This document shows positions 41,078 to 49,760 of a stretch of DNA of 64,000 nucleotides, in pieces. Source of the stretch: Steroidobacteraceae bacterium (GTDB taxonomy: Bacteria; Pseudomonadota; Gammaproteobacteria; Steroidobacterales; Steroidobacteraceae); contig JAHCAN010000013.1 in the NCBI GenBank assembly GCA_019634915.1, positions 10,045 to 74,044 on the forward strand, written 5' to 3'. A program made the position numbers and the translations under genes. The notes under the pieces are model-generated. The model was not told the origin of the DNA and did no database searches. It worked only from the letters and a program-made list of their open reading frames with translations. Within the stretch, counting starts at the first letter, position 1. Each line of letters begins with the position of its first letter.

Positions 41078-43147
41078 ATGCACGCCCCGTTGCAGTCACC
41101 ATCGACCCGTCCCCGGTTGCAGGGGCTGGGCGTTGCATGCGCACTCGGGATCGCATTCATGCTCCTCTCGTTCCTGAGGACGCTTGGCGATACGGGGTCC
41201 ATGAAATTCGGCGACATTGCCATACGCACAGCCATGGAGACACCGCTGTGGGGCACTTCGCTCGGGCGCAGCCTGGCGTATTTCGTGTTCGCGCAGCTGC
41301 TCGCACACCTTACGTTCGCCGCGCTGTGTTGGGCACTCGCCTGTCTGACGCACTACGCATGGCCGGGCACGAGCGTGACACGTCGGCAATGGGTTCTGAT
41401 CTGGTTCATCGCAGGCGCAGCTTGGGTGATGCTCGCAAATGCGTCTCTGTTTCCGACCTCGTCGCTCGGCGAGCCCTACTCCAGCGTTGGCACCATGCAT
41501 GTATTCGGACTGCCGCTGTACTTGGTGGCAGGCTTGGGTCTCGCGGTTGCGATCTCGATCTGCCTGATACGTTGCCTCGCAAATCCCCCGTTGCGTCGGA
41601 CGCGCATAGGCGGGATAGCTGTATTGAGCGTGATCATCGGCGCCGGCGTACTAGGCGTCTTTGCAATGGCAGCCCCATCCAACCCGCCGCAAGCCACGCA
41701 GACGAACAGGCCGCACGTAATCATCATCGGGATCGATTCACTGCGTGCTGATCTCGCGACTGGGCCTGATGCGGCCATGGTCATGCCGAATCTGGCTGCT
41801 TTCCTGACTGAGTCGGTTGTATTCAACGACGCAATGACGCCACTTGCCCGGACGTTTCCGAGTTGGGTATCGATACTCACCGGCAAGCACCCACACACGA
41901 CCGGCGCGGTCGTCAACCTGCTGCCGCGGGAGATGATCAGGACCGGAACGACATTGCCACAGGCACTGCGCGATCACGGCTATCAGGCCTTTTACGCCAT
42001 AGACGAGTCGCGTTTCTCGAATATCGACGAGACTTATGGATTTGATCGCATTGCCGCACCGCCTTTTGGTGCAGCAGACTTCCTGCTCAGCACCATCAGC
42101 GACGCGCCGCTGACGAACCTTATTGTGAACACGCGCCTGGGCGCCTGGCTCACCCCGAATTCGTATGCCAATCGGGGTGCGGCCATGCTTTATGACCCCG
42201 ATACGTTCATCGACAGGGTGAGTCACGAGGCGCAGTTTGATCGCCCCACTTTCCTGGCTGTTCACCTGACCCTGGCACACTGGCCATTTACATGGGCCAG
42301 GTCGCCCCGCCTACACGAAACTCACGGGCCGCCACGACTGCGCGAGAAGTACTACAACGCCGCACACAGGGTGGACCGGCAATTTGGTGACCTGCTCGAA
42401 TTGCTACGTAGTAAGGGCGCCTTCGAGAACGCCGTCGTCGTCGTTCTCTCGGATCATGGCGAAGCCTTGGGCGATCCGGACGAAACGCGCTACCCGTACG
42501 AGATCATGGGGGAGAATCGTGACACCGTTCAAATCAACGGACATGGTACGAGTGTGTTCTCGCCGCATCAGTATCAGGTGCTGTTCGCGATGCGTTCCTT
42601 CGGGAATAGCCTGCTGAAATCGCGGTGCGGCCCAGCGATCAATGCCCCCGTGTCGGTGATCGACGTCTACCCCACAATGATGGATGCGTTGGGTATCGAA
42701 TCCCAGGAACAATTCGATGGCAGATCGCTGGTTCCGCTTCTGGCGCAATCGGCCTCGACGGCTTGCGCAACTTTCCAGGATCGCATCCGCTTCACCGAAA
42801 CGGAGTTCAATCCTCCCGGCATTACGCCCGACGGTCCGATCTCCGCGAGCGCCATCGAAAAAGTACGGTACTACTACGATGTACTACCGTCGAACGGCCG
42901 AATGCAGATCCGCCGTGAGATCGTACCGACGCTGCTCAAGCAACGGCAGTACGCGGCGATCATGGGAGAGTCGATGGTTGCCGCTGTACCGGTTCCTGGC
43001 GATTCGAGATTCCGGTACTTCATAAGCGACCAGAAAACCCGGATGCCTCGTGAGATCGCTGGAGCACCCGACTCCGCCAGCGATCCGGTCGTGAGCAAAC
43101 TGTACGAAGCACTGCAATTCCGATTTTCGCTTGCGCCGCGAAGCTGA
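41078..43147 (+). CDS. Polytopic membrane protein with a sulfatase-fold domain (phospho-headgroup transferase-like)
   Basis: TM-rich N-terminus, then RPHVIIIGIDSLRADL, TPLARTFPSWVSILTGKHPHTTG, VVVVLSDHGEALGD and NGHGTS, which are classical sulfatase/AP-superfamily metal and nucleophile motifs. Confidence 0.7.
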   Translation: MHAPLQSPSTRPRLQGLGVACALGIAFMLLSFLRTLGDTGSMKFGDIAIRTAMETPLWGTSLGRSLAYFVFAQLLAHLTFAALCWALACLTHYAWPGTSVTRRQWVLIWFIAGAAWVMLANASLFPTSSLGEPYSSVGTMHVFGLPLYLVAGLGLAVAISICLIRCLANPPLRRTRIGGIAVLSVIIGAGVLGVFAMAAPSNPPQATQTNRPHVIIIGIDSLRADLATGPDAAMVMPNLAAFLTESVVFNDAMTPLARTFPSWVSILTGKHPHTTGAVVNLLPREMIRTGTTLPQALRDHGYQAFYAIDESRFSNIDETYGFDRIAAPPFGAADFLLSTISDAPLTNLIVNTRLGAWLTPNSYANRGAAMLYDPDTFIDRVSHEAQFDRPTFLAVHLTLAHWPFTWARSPRLHETHGPPRLREKYYNAAHRVDRQFGDLLELLRSKGAFENAVVVVLSDHGEALGDPDETRYPYEIMGENRDTVQINGHGTSVFSPHQYQVLFAMRSFGNSLLKSRCGPAINAPVSVIDVYPTMMDALGIESQEQFDGRSLVPLLAQSASTACATFQDRIRFTETEFNPPGITPDGPISASAIEKVRYYYDVLPSNGRMQIRREIVPTLLKQRQYAAIMGESMVAAVPVPGDSRFRYFISDQKTRMPREIAGAPDSASDPVVSKLYEALQFRFSLAPRS

Positions 43148-43301
43148 GCTTACTGCCGAGCCAACACTGACAATATTCGTCAGTTTGTGACCAGATCCGC
43201 AGCTCGATGTCGCGTCGGGCGGACATCGGGCTCTACCTGTAGCGAACTCCCCCGGGGAAGACATCGTGAGCCATCAACAACTTAGAAGCGCATCACGCTA
43301 A

Positions 43302-43317
43302 TGGCACGCCCGTTGCT
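43302..43317 (+). promoter_or_regulatory. Sigma54 (-24/-12) promoter of pilA: TGGCAC-GCCCG-TTGCTT
   Basis: Matches the consensus TGGCAC-N5-TTGCW exactly in the GG/GC dinucleotides and spacing. Lies about 80 nt upstream of the pilA ATG, and PilS/PilR is encoded in the same window. Confidence 0.7.
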
Positions 43318-43395
43318 TCATCATTTCTCGCAGGCGGAAATGCGCCGCGATTTTGGTTATCGACTTAAAGTTTCGGACTCAAGGAGTTTTTTCAC

Positions 43396-43899
43396 ATGAA
43401 GACCATGCAGAAGGGTTTCACCCTCATCGAGTTGATGATCGTCGTGGCGATCATCGGCATTCTCGCCGCGATCGCGATCCCGGCGTATCAGGACTACACG
43501 ATCCGCTCGCAGGTAACGGAGGGTCTCAACCTCGCATCGGCCGTCAAGGCGGGCGTTGCGGAGGCTTATGCGAATACGGGCGTGTGGCCGGCGGATCTGG
43601 ACGCCGCCGGTGGCGATAATGCCAACCCGCCGTCGGGCAAGTATGTCGCCGGTATCGAGGTCAACGACGGCACGATCGAGATCACCTACGGTGGCCAGGC
43701 CAACGCCAACATTTCGGGTGCAAACAACCTGCTCGCGTTGCGCCCTGTCATCAGCCCGAACGATGACGTGGTCTGGCTCTGCGGCAACAACGACGGCACG
43801 GGCGCCAGCGGCCTCACGGACCCGTCGAGCGGTGGGTCGCCGACAACCGCCACCACGGTACTGCCCAAGTACCTGCCGCAGTCCTGCCGCGCGCAGTAA
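43396..43899 (+). CDS. pilA: Type IVa major pilin PilA
   Basis: AAGGAG ribosome-binding site. Leader MKTMQKG / [27 protein letters not shown] (G-1, F+1, E+5). Two C-terminal Cys residues (LC...SCRAQ) bound a Ser/Thr-rich loop. Confidence 0.95.
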   Translation: MKTMQKGFTLIELMIVVAIIGILAAIAIPAYQDYTIRSQVTEGLNLASAVKAGVAEAYANTGVWPADLDAAGGDNANPPSGKYVAGIEVNDGTIEITYGGQANANISGANNLLALRPVISPNDDVVWLCGNNDGTGASGLTDPSSGGSPTTATTVLPKYLPQSCRAQ

Positions 43900-43941
43900 T
43901 AGCGCCCGGTTGACATCGGCTGACCTCGACTCTGAGGTCGA

Positions 43942-43975
43942 GAAAGCCCCTCCCCTGGAGGGGCTTTCTTTATTT
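43942..43975 (+). terminator. Rho-independent terminator after pilA
   Basis: 11-bp stem GAAAGCCCCTC / GAGGGGCTTTC with loop CCCTG, followed by TTTATTT. A second small hairpin lies just upstream (43922-43940). Confidence 0.8.
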
Positions 43976-44100
43976 GGGAGCCGAATCACGCAGGCCCCCG
44001 GCCCTCTGTGCGACCATCCCGCCAGATTTGACAATTGCCCGGAGGCTACCCTCCGGTACACTACCGGTTTGACGGATCGCTGGCCGCTTGCTGCAAGTGC

Positions 44101-45843
44101 ATGAACGATAACGCTTCTCTCGCCATCGGGGGCTCCCGCTCCGCCCTCGGCGGGCTGCCTCAGCGGCTCGTCCAGGACGGGCTCGTCGACGAGCCGACGA
44201 TGCACTCGGCGCTGCAGAACGCCCGGGACCGCAAGTCGGGGTTCGTCACCCAGTTGATCGGGATGGGCGCCGCGAGGGCCCGCGATATCGCGGTCTCGGC
44301 CTCGCACGAATTCGGTGTACCTCTGCTCGACCTCGACAGCCTGGCGGTCGACCTCGACCTGGTCCGGCTCGTCAACGACAAGCTGCTTGCCAAGCATCGC
44401 GTGCTGCCGCTGTACCGGCGCGGCAAGCGCCTGTTCCTCGCGGTCGCCGACCCGACCAACCTGCATGCGATCGACGAGATCAAGTTCGCGACCGGCCTCG
44501 GCATCGACGCGATCGTCGTCGAGGACGACAAGCTGCAGCGCGCCGTCGACAAGGCGATCGAACAGGTCGACACGCAGATGCCGAACCTCACGGATGAGGA
44601 AGGCATGGACCTCGAGGGCCTCGAGGTCAGCGGCGGCGACGACGATGCCGGCGAAGCCGTCACGCGCGACGACGTGGACGATGCGCCGATCGTCAAGTTC
44701 GTCAACAAAGTGATGCTCGACGCGATCCGGCGCGGCGCCTCGGACATCCATTTCGAGCCCTACGAGAAGATGTACCGGGTGCGCTATCGCATGGACGGCG
44801 TGCTGAAGGAAGTCGCGCAGCCGCCGGTGCAGCTCTCGCAGAAGATCTGCGCGCGCATCAAGGTGATGTCGCGGCTCGACATCGCCGAGCGCCGCGTGCC
44901 GCAGGACGGCCGCATCAAGATGAAGCTGTCGAAGACGCGGGCGATCGACTTCCGCGTCAGCACCTGCCCCACGCTCTACGGCGAGAAGATCGTCGCGCGT
45001 ATCCTCGATCCCTCGCAGGCGATGCTCGGCATCGACGCGCTCGGCTACGAGCCGTTCCAGAAGGAGCTCTACCTCAAGTACCTGGAGAAGCCGCAGGGCA
45101 TGATCCTGGTCACGGGCCCGACCGGCAGCGGCAAGACCGTGTCGCTCTACACCGGCCTCAATATCCTGAACCGGGAAGACACGAACATCTCGACCGCGGA
45201 GGACCCGGCGGAAATCAACCTGCCCGGTGTCAACCAGGTGAACGTGAACCCGAAGGTGGGTCTCACGTTCGCTTCCGCGCTGCGCGCCTTCCTGCGCCAG
45301 GACCCGGACGTCGTAATGGTCGGCGAGATCCGCGACCTCGAAACGGCGGAGATCGCGATCAAGGCCGCCCAGACGGGCCACCTGGTGCTCTCGACGCTGC
45401 ACACGAACGATGCGCCGCAGACCCTGACCCGCATGATCGACATGGGCGTGAAGCCCTATGCGATCGCGACCTCGGTGAGCCTGATCATCGCGCAGCGCCT
45501 CGCGCGGCGCCTGTGCACACAGTGCAAGCACCTCGTCGACATTCCGGCCGAGGCGCTGATCAAGGAAGGCTTCTCGAAGGAAGACGTCGCGGCGGGCATC
45601 AAGGTCTACGGCCCCAAGGGCTGCCAGGCCTGCACCGACGGCTACAAGGGCCGCATGGGCATATACCAGGTGCTGCCGGTCACAGACGAAATCGGCCGGA
45701 TCATCATGGAAGGCGGCAACGCGATCCAGATCGGCGATGAAGCGAAGAAAATGGGTGTCTGGGACCTGCGCCGCTCCGGGCTCGAGAAAGTGAAACAGGG
45801 CATGACGAGCCTCGAAGAGATCAACAGCGTCACGATCGAGTGA
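44101..45843 (+). CDS. pilB: Type IV pilus assembly ATPase PilB
   Basis: Start MNDNASLAI. Walker A GPTGSGKT, Asp/His boxes, and a tetracysteine motif (CTQCK...CQAC). Confidence 0.95.
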   Translation: MNDNASLAIGGSRSALGGLPQRLVQDGLVDEPTMHSALQNARDRKSGFVTQLIGMGAARARDIAVSASHEFGVPLLDLDSLAVDLDLVRLVNDKLLAKHRVLPLYRRGKRLFLAVADPTNLHAIDEIKFATGLGIDAIVVEDDKLQRAVDKAIEQVDTQMPNLTDEEGMDLEGLEVSGGDDDAGEAVTRDDVDDAPIVKFVNKVMLDAIRRGASDIHFEPYEKMYRVRYRMDGVLKEVAQPPVQLSQKICARIKVMSRLDIAERRVPQDGRIKMKLSKTRAIDFRVSTCPTLYGEKIVARILDPSQAMLGIDALGYEPFQKELYLKYLEKPQGMILVTGPTGSGKTVSLYTGLNILNREDTNISTAEDPAEINLPGVNQVNVNPKVGLTFASALRAFLRQDPDVVMVGEIRDLETAEIAIKAAQTGHLVLSTLHTNDAPQTLTRMIDMGVKPYAIATSVSLIIAQRLARRLCTQCKHLVDIPAEALIKEGFSKEDVAAGIKVYGPKGCQACTDGYKGRMGIYQVLPVTDEIGRIIMEGGNAIQIGDEAKKMGVWDLRRSGLEKVKQGMTSLEEINSVTIE

Positions 45844-45860
45844 GCTGACGGAGATTCAGT

Positions 45861-47099
45861 ATGGCGAACATCGCTGCAACCGCATCGGTCCGCACCATCA
45901 GGCGGGACATCCCGTTCAGTTGGGAGGGCATGGACAAGCGTGGCAACCGGGTAAAGGGTAAGAGTCTTGCCCCCGACGAGGCCGCGCTGCGGGCCGATCT
46001 GCGCCGACAGGGCATCGCGCCATCGAAGGTCAAGAAGCAATCGCAAGCCTTCAAGACGAGCGGCAAGGTCAAGCCGGAAGATATCGCGGTTTTCAGCCGC
46101 CAGCTCGCGACCATGCTCGCATCGGGCATTCCGCTGGTGCAGGCCTTCGAAATCGTCGGCAACGGCCACGAGAAGCCTTCGGTGCAGAAGCTGATCCTCG
46201 ACATCAAGCAGGACATCGAGGGCGGCACTTCGCTGCATGAGGCGCTCGCGAAACACCCGCTGCACTTCGACGATCTGTACGTGAACCTCGTCGAAGCGGG
46301 CGAACAAGCGGGCGCGCTCGAAAGTCTGCTCGACAAGGTCGCGACCTACAAGGAAAAGACCGAAGCGATCAAGAAGAAGGTCAAGAAGGCGCTGTTCTAC
46401 CCGGCGGCCGTGCTGGTGGTCGCGGTGGTCGTCACGCTGATCCTGCTGATCTTCGTGATCCCTCAGTTCGAGAGCCTGTTCAAGGGCTTCGGTGCCGAGC
46501 TGCCGGCTTTCACCCAGATGATCATCAACCTGTCGAAGTTCGTACAGGACAAGGGCATCTACCTGGCCATCGTGCTGGGCGCCGCAGCCTACGCGTTCAT
46601 GTATTTCAAGAAGCGCTCGCGGAAGATGCGCGAGGTGCTGGATCGCATCTCGCTGAAACTGCCGATCATCGGGCCGATCCTCGTGAAATCCGCGATTGCA
46701 CGCTATGCGCGCACGCTGTCGACGATGTTCGCCGCCGGCGTGCCGCTGGTCGAGGCGCTCGAATCGGTCGCTGGCGCCACGGGCAATGTGGTCTATGAGA
46801 ATGCCGTGATGAAGATGCGCGACGAAGTCGCGACCGGCCAGCGCCTGCAGCGCGCGATGGAGAACACGAGCCTGTTCCCGAACATGGTGAACCAGATGGT
46901 CGCGGTCGGCGAGGAAGCCGGCGCGCTCGACCAGATGACCGCCAAGGTCGCCGACTTCTACGAGGCCGAGGTCGACAACGCGGTCGACAGCATGTCGAGC
47001 CTGCTCGAGCCGCTGATCATGGCGATCCTCGGCGTGCTGGTCGGCAGCCTCGTGATCGCGATGTACCTGCCGATCTTCAAGCTCGGCGCGGTCGTGTGA
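45861..47099 (+). CDS. pilC: Type IV pilus platform protein PilC
   Basis: 412 aa with two GspF-type repeats (FSRQLATMLASGIPLVQA / YARTLSTMFAAGVPLVEA). Confidence 0.95.
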   Translation: MANIAATASVRTIRRDIPFSWEGMDKRGNRVKGKSLAPDEAALRADLRRQGIAPSKVKKQSQAFKTSGKVKPEDIAVFSRQLATMLASGIPLVQAFEIVGNGHEKPSVQKLILDIKQDIEGGTSLHEALAKHPLHFDDLYVNLVEAGEQAGALESLLDKVATYKEKTEAIKKKVKKALFYPAAVLVVAVVVTLILLIFVIPQFESLFKGFGAELPAFTQMIINLSKFVQDKGIYLAIVLGAAAYAFMYFKKRSRKMREVLDRISLKLPIIGPILVKSAIARYARTLSTMFAAGVPLVEALESVAGATGNVVYENAVMKMRDEVATGQRLQRAMENTSLFPNMVNQMVAVGEEAGALDQMTAKVADFYEAEVDNAVDSMSSLLEPLIMAILGVLVGSLVIAMYLPIFKLGAVV

Positions 47100-47941
47100 T
47101 CGCAGCCTGCTTCGTTCTGGGGCTGCTGGTCGGCAGCTTCCTGAACGTGGTGATCCATCGCACGCCGGTCATCCTCGATCGGCAGTGGCGGCGCCAGTGC
47201 GACGAACTCGCGGGCCGGGAGACACCAGAGGCGCCGCGCTACAACCTCGTCGTGCCGCGCTCGGCCTGCCCCTCGTGCAAGGCGCCGATCAGGGCGATCC
47301 ATAACGTGCCGGTGCTCAGCTGGCTCGCGCTACGCGGCAAGTGCGCGGCCTGCAAGGCGAAGATCAGCCCGCGCTATCCGCTGGTCGAGCTGCTGACCGC
47401 GGTGTTGTCCGCCGCCGTTGCGTGGCAATTCGCGCCGCTTGGCCTGCCGGTCATGGGCGCAGCGATCGTGCTCACCTGGTTCCTGATCGCTCTCACCTTC
47501 ATCGACTTCGACACGCAGTTGCTGCCCGACGCGCTGACACTGCCGCTGCTGTGGCTCGGGCTCGCGGCCAGCGTGCTCGGCCTGACGCCCGTGGAGCCGC
47601 GCTCGGCGATCATCGGCGCGCTCGCCGGCTACCTCTCGCTGTGGTCCGTCTATCACCTGTTCCGTCTCGCGACGGGCAAGGAAGGCATGGGCTACGGCGA
47701 CTTCAAGCTGCTCGCCGCGCTCGGCGCGTGGCTCGGCTGGCAGATGCTGCTGCCGATCATCCTGCTGTCCGCCGCAGTGGGCGCGGTGACCGGCATCGCG
47801 CTGATCGTCGTGCGCGGCGGCCGCGATCGCAACGTGCCGATCCCGTTCGGCCCCTTCCTCGCCGCGGCCGGCTGGATCGCGTTGATGTGGGGGCCACAGA
47901 TCGTCTCGGGTTATCTCGGGATGTATGGGCGGGGAATGTAG
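47096..47941 (+). CDS. pilD: Prepilin peptidase / N-methyltransferase PilD
   Basis: Cys-rich N-terminal region (CPSC...CAAC). A24 peptidase Asp motifs (FIDFDTQLLPD; GMGYGDFKLLAALG). Confidence 0.95.
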   Translation: MIAACFVLGLLVGSFLNVVIHRTPVILDRQWRRQCDELAGRETPEAPRYNLVVPRSACPSCKAPIRAIHNVPVLSWLALRGKCAACKAKISPRYPLVELLTAVLSAAVAWQFAPLGLPVMGAAIVLTWFLIALTFIDFDTQLLPDALTLPLLWLGLAASVLGLTPVEPRSAIIGALAGYLSLWSVYHLFRLATGKEGMGYGDFKLLAALGAWLGWQMLLPIILLSAAVGAVTGIALIVVRGGRDRNVPIPFGPFLAAAGWIALMWGPQIVSGYLGMYGRGM

Positions 47942-47944
47942 CCG
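47861..47944 (+). repeat. pilD 3'-end repeat, copy A (the functional end of pilD)
   Basis: 84 bp, 80/84 identical to 48655-48738 by manual alignment. Confidence 0.9.
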
Positions 47945-47984
47945 TCCGAGGTCACCAGAACGGGCGATTGTCAATCAGGGGTGT

Positions 47985-48395
47985 TCAACGCCGTACGCGC
48001 CGGGCCCGGTGAATGGAACGTCGGCGCTGAACTGCCGGTTTCGATATCGTCGCCACCTCGGACCGATTTACGGTATCAGCGATAGCCGCAAATCCCTTGA
48101 TCCGCACTGGTTCGCGATCGGGAAATCGAACGGTCAACACGAGTTCACCGCCCATTTGCCCGATGTAGTCACGCAGAGTGGACAGCAACATGTCGCTTCG
48201 TTGCTCGAGGCGGGAAATGCTGTGCTGCCTGACTCCCAACCGCTTCGCCATTTTCTGTTGTGTGAGCTGACGAGCCTGCCGCAGATCACGCAGTGACTTC
48301 TCCTCTGCGACCAACTCCGCCGTGCGACCAGCGATGCGATCGCGGCGCGCGGGCGCAAGTTCGGCCATCAGTTCTTCGTGAGTCCTGCCCACCAC
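47985..48395 (-). CDS. XRE-family HTH antitoxin (cassette 1); the toxin upstream is decayed
   Basis: Contains LRDLRQARQLTQQKMAKRLGVRQHSISRLEQRSDMLLSTLRDYIGQMGGELVLTVRFPD. GTG start preceded by AGGAG. Confidence 0.7.
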   Translation of the reverse strand: MVGRTHEELMAELAPARRDRIAGRTAELVAEEKSLRDLRQARQLTQQKMAKRLGVRQHSISRLEQRSDMLLSTLRDYIGQMGGELVLTVRFPDREPVRIKGFAAIADTVNRSEVATISKPAVQRRRSIHRARRVRR

Positions 48396-48617
48396 AATCT
48401 CCTATTCCTCGAATGTCGTCAGGTGCACGTCGAATCGTGCGTCGGCTTTCGCGATCAATTGCTTGTAAAACCGCCTCTCGCTACCACCCGATACGGGATT
48501 ATGCCCTCAAAAGGATATCCATTCAAGAGGATATATTGTCGTGAGCACATTGGCGGTACGTCGGCGAATTTAATCGTGCGAGCCGCCTCGCGCGATCCGC
48601 GAATCCATGCTGCTGCA

Positions 48618-48632
48618 CCCGAAATTGCGCAC
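48618..48632. repeat. 15-nt core CCCGAAATTGCGCAC, copy 1 of 3
   Basis: Identical 15-mers at 48618, 50808 and 51705. Flanks to the left are also similar (GCGATYCG...AATCC). Confidence 0.9.
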
Positions 48633-48654
48633 GCCTGGCCACGAGACAATCATC

Positions 48655-48738
48655 GCCGCGGCCGGCTGGATCGCGCTGATGTGGGGGCCGCAGATCGTCT
48701 CGGGGTATCTCGGGATGTATGGGCGGGGGATGTAGCCG
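48655..48738 (+). repeat. pilD 3'-end repeat, copy B (displaced, non-functional)
   Basis: Encodes the same peptide AAAGWIALMWGPQIVSGYLGMYGRGM* as copy A. All 4 nucleotide differences are synonymous. Confidence 0.9.
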
Positions 48739-48807
48739 GGGGCAAATCTGCTCGAACACAGGTGAAATGCCAGCTGACGGCTATAGGCAGTGGCTACATC
48801 ATGAGCC

Positions 48808-49047
48808 ATGAGCCCGACGGTCCTACGCGATCGAGGATATCGGTTTTACTTCTTCTCGCGCGAAGAGCTCCGGATGCATGTCCATGTACATGGTCCTGAT
48901 GGCGAGGCCAAGTTCTGGCTGGAGCCCCGCGTCGAATTGGCGCACAATCTTGGCTTGAAACCTCAAGATATGCGAACCATCAAGGCTTTTGTTGAGGATA
49001 ACGCCCATGTCTTCCGCAACGCCTGGAAAAGACACTTCAGCGGTTGA
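48808..49047 (+). CDS. DUF4160-family protein
   Basis: Sequence RGYRFYFFSREELRMHVHVHGPDGEAKFWLEP follows the typical DUF4160 pattern. Confidence 0.7.
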   Translation: MSPTVLRDRGYRFYFFSREELRMHVHVHGPDGEAKFWLEPRVELAHNLGLKPQDMRTIKAFVEDNAHVFRNAWKRHFSG

Positions 49048-49276
49048 AGTTACGAACGTATCGCCCCACGGCTTCTGGCTGCTGCTCGGTGGCGAGGAGC
49101 TGTTCCTCGCGTTTGAAGACTTCCCGTGGTTCAGGAACTCGACCATCGGCCAGCTCTCGCATGTCGAGAGGCCCGCGCCGCATCACTTGTATTGGCCGGA
49201 GCTCGACATCGACCTTGCGGTGGAATCCATCCGGTACCCGGAGGCGTTCCCGCTCGTATCCAAGGCCGGCGCATAG
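49007..49276 (+). CDS. DUF2442-family protein
   Basis: Contains VEVTNVSPHGFWLLLGGEELFLAFEDFPWFRNSTIGQL...LYWPELDIDL. Overlaps the DUF4160 gene, as is usual for this pair. Confidence 0.7.
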   Translation: MSSATPGKDTSAVEVTNVSPHGFWLLLGGEELFLAFEDFPWFRNSTIGQLSHVERPAPHHLYWPELDIDLAVESIRYPEAFPLVSKAGA

Positions 49277-49298
49277 CGCCGCCTGACCGGGCTGGGCT

Positions 49299-49760
49299 TC
49301 AGAATAGCCGCGTGTCCAGCACGAAGGCCTCCACGCTGGCGATCCGTATGGCGGCAGCCGCAGGGTGCCGATGATTGACGAGCACGATTTCGTCCGGCGA
49401 ATCCCGTAGCGGCACTATCGCGGAAGGCACACGCAACAGCGGCGTGGCGAGCGCCGCGTGCCACTCGTCGCCACGCTGTTGGGTCCGGCTCTCCTGCAAC
49501 CTCCACGCATCTGGCAGGGTGGCAAAGGCCACAGTCTCGGCCTGCAGGCCGTTCGGCACGTCATATCGCACCATCACGAGAGCCGGCAGCAGTTCCGGGT
49601 CCTGCACATGCGCGAGCTTCTCGAGCACGCACAGCGAAGGCGAAGTGGCGCAGTAGGTCACCGCATGGCCGGCGCTGTTCCAGCGGCCGTCGTAATGCAG
49701 CCCGTAGCCACCGTCGAACGCGCGCGCATGCGCTGCGCCGGACAGTCGCCAGAGAATCAT
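49299..49760 (-). CDS. RES-domain toxin (NAD+-degrading family)
   Basis: Contains GGYGLHYDGRWNSAGHAVTYCATSPSLCVLE...LRVPSAIVP, carrying the R, E and S signature residues. Confidence 0.85.
   Translation of the reverse strand: MILWRLSGAAHARAFDGGYGLHYDGRWNSAGHAVTYCATSPSLCVLEKLAHVQDPELLPALVMVRYDVPNGLQAETVAFATLPDAWRLQESRTQQRGDEWHAALATPLLRVPSAIVPLRDSPDEIVLVNHRHPAAAAIRIASVEAFVLDTRLF

Noticed and set aside
43150-43300. PilR binding sites or a tRNA gene upstream of pilA, as found next to pilA in Pseudomonas.
   Set aside because: No cloverleaf-compatible sequence is present, and I could not identify convincing repeated PilR-box motifs by eye. This needs a motif search.
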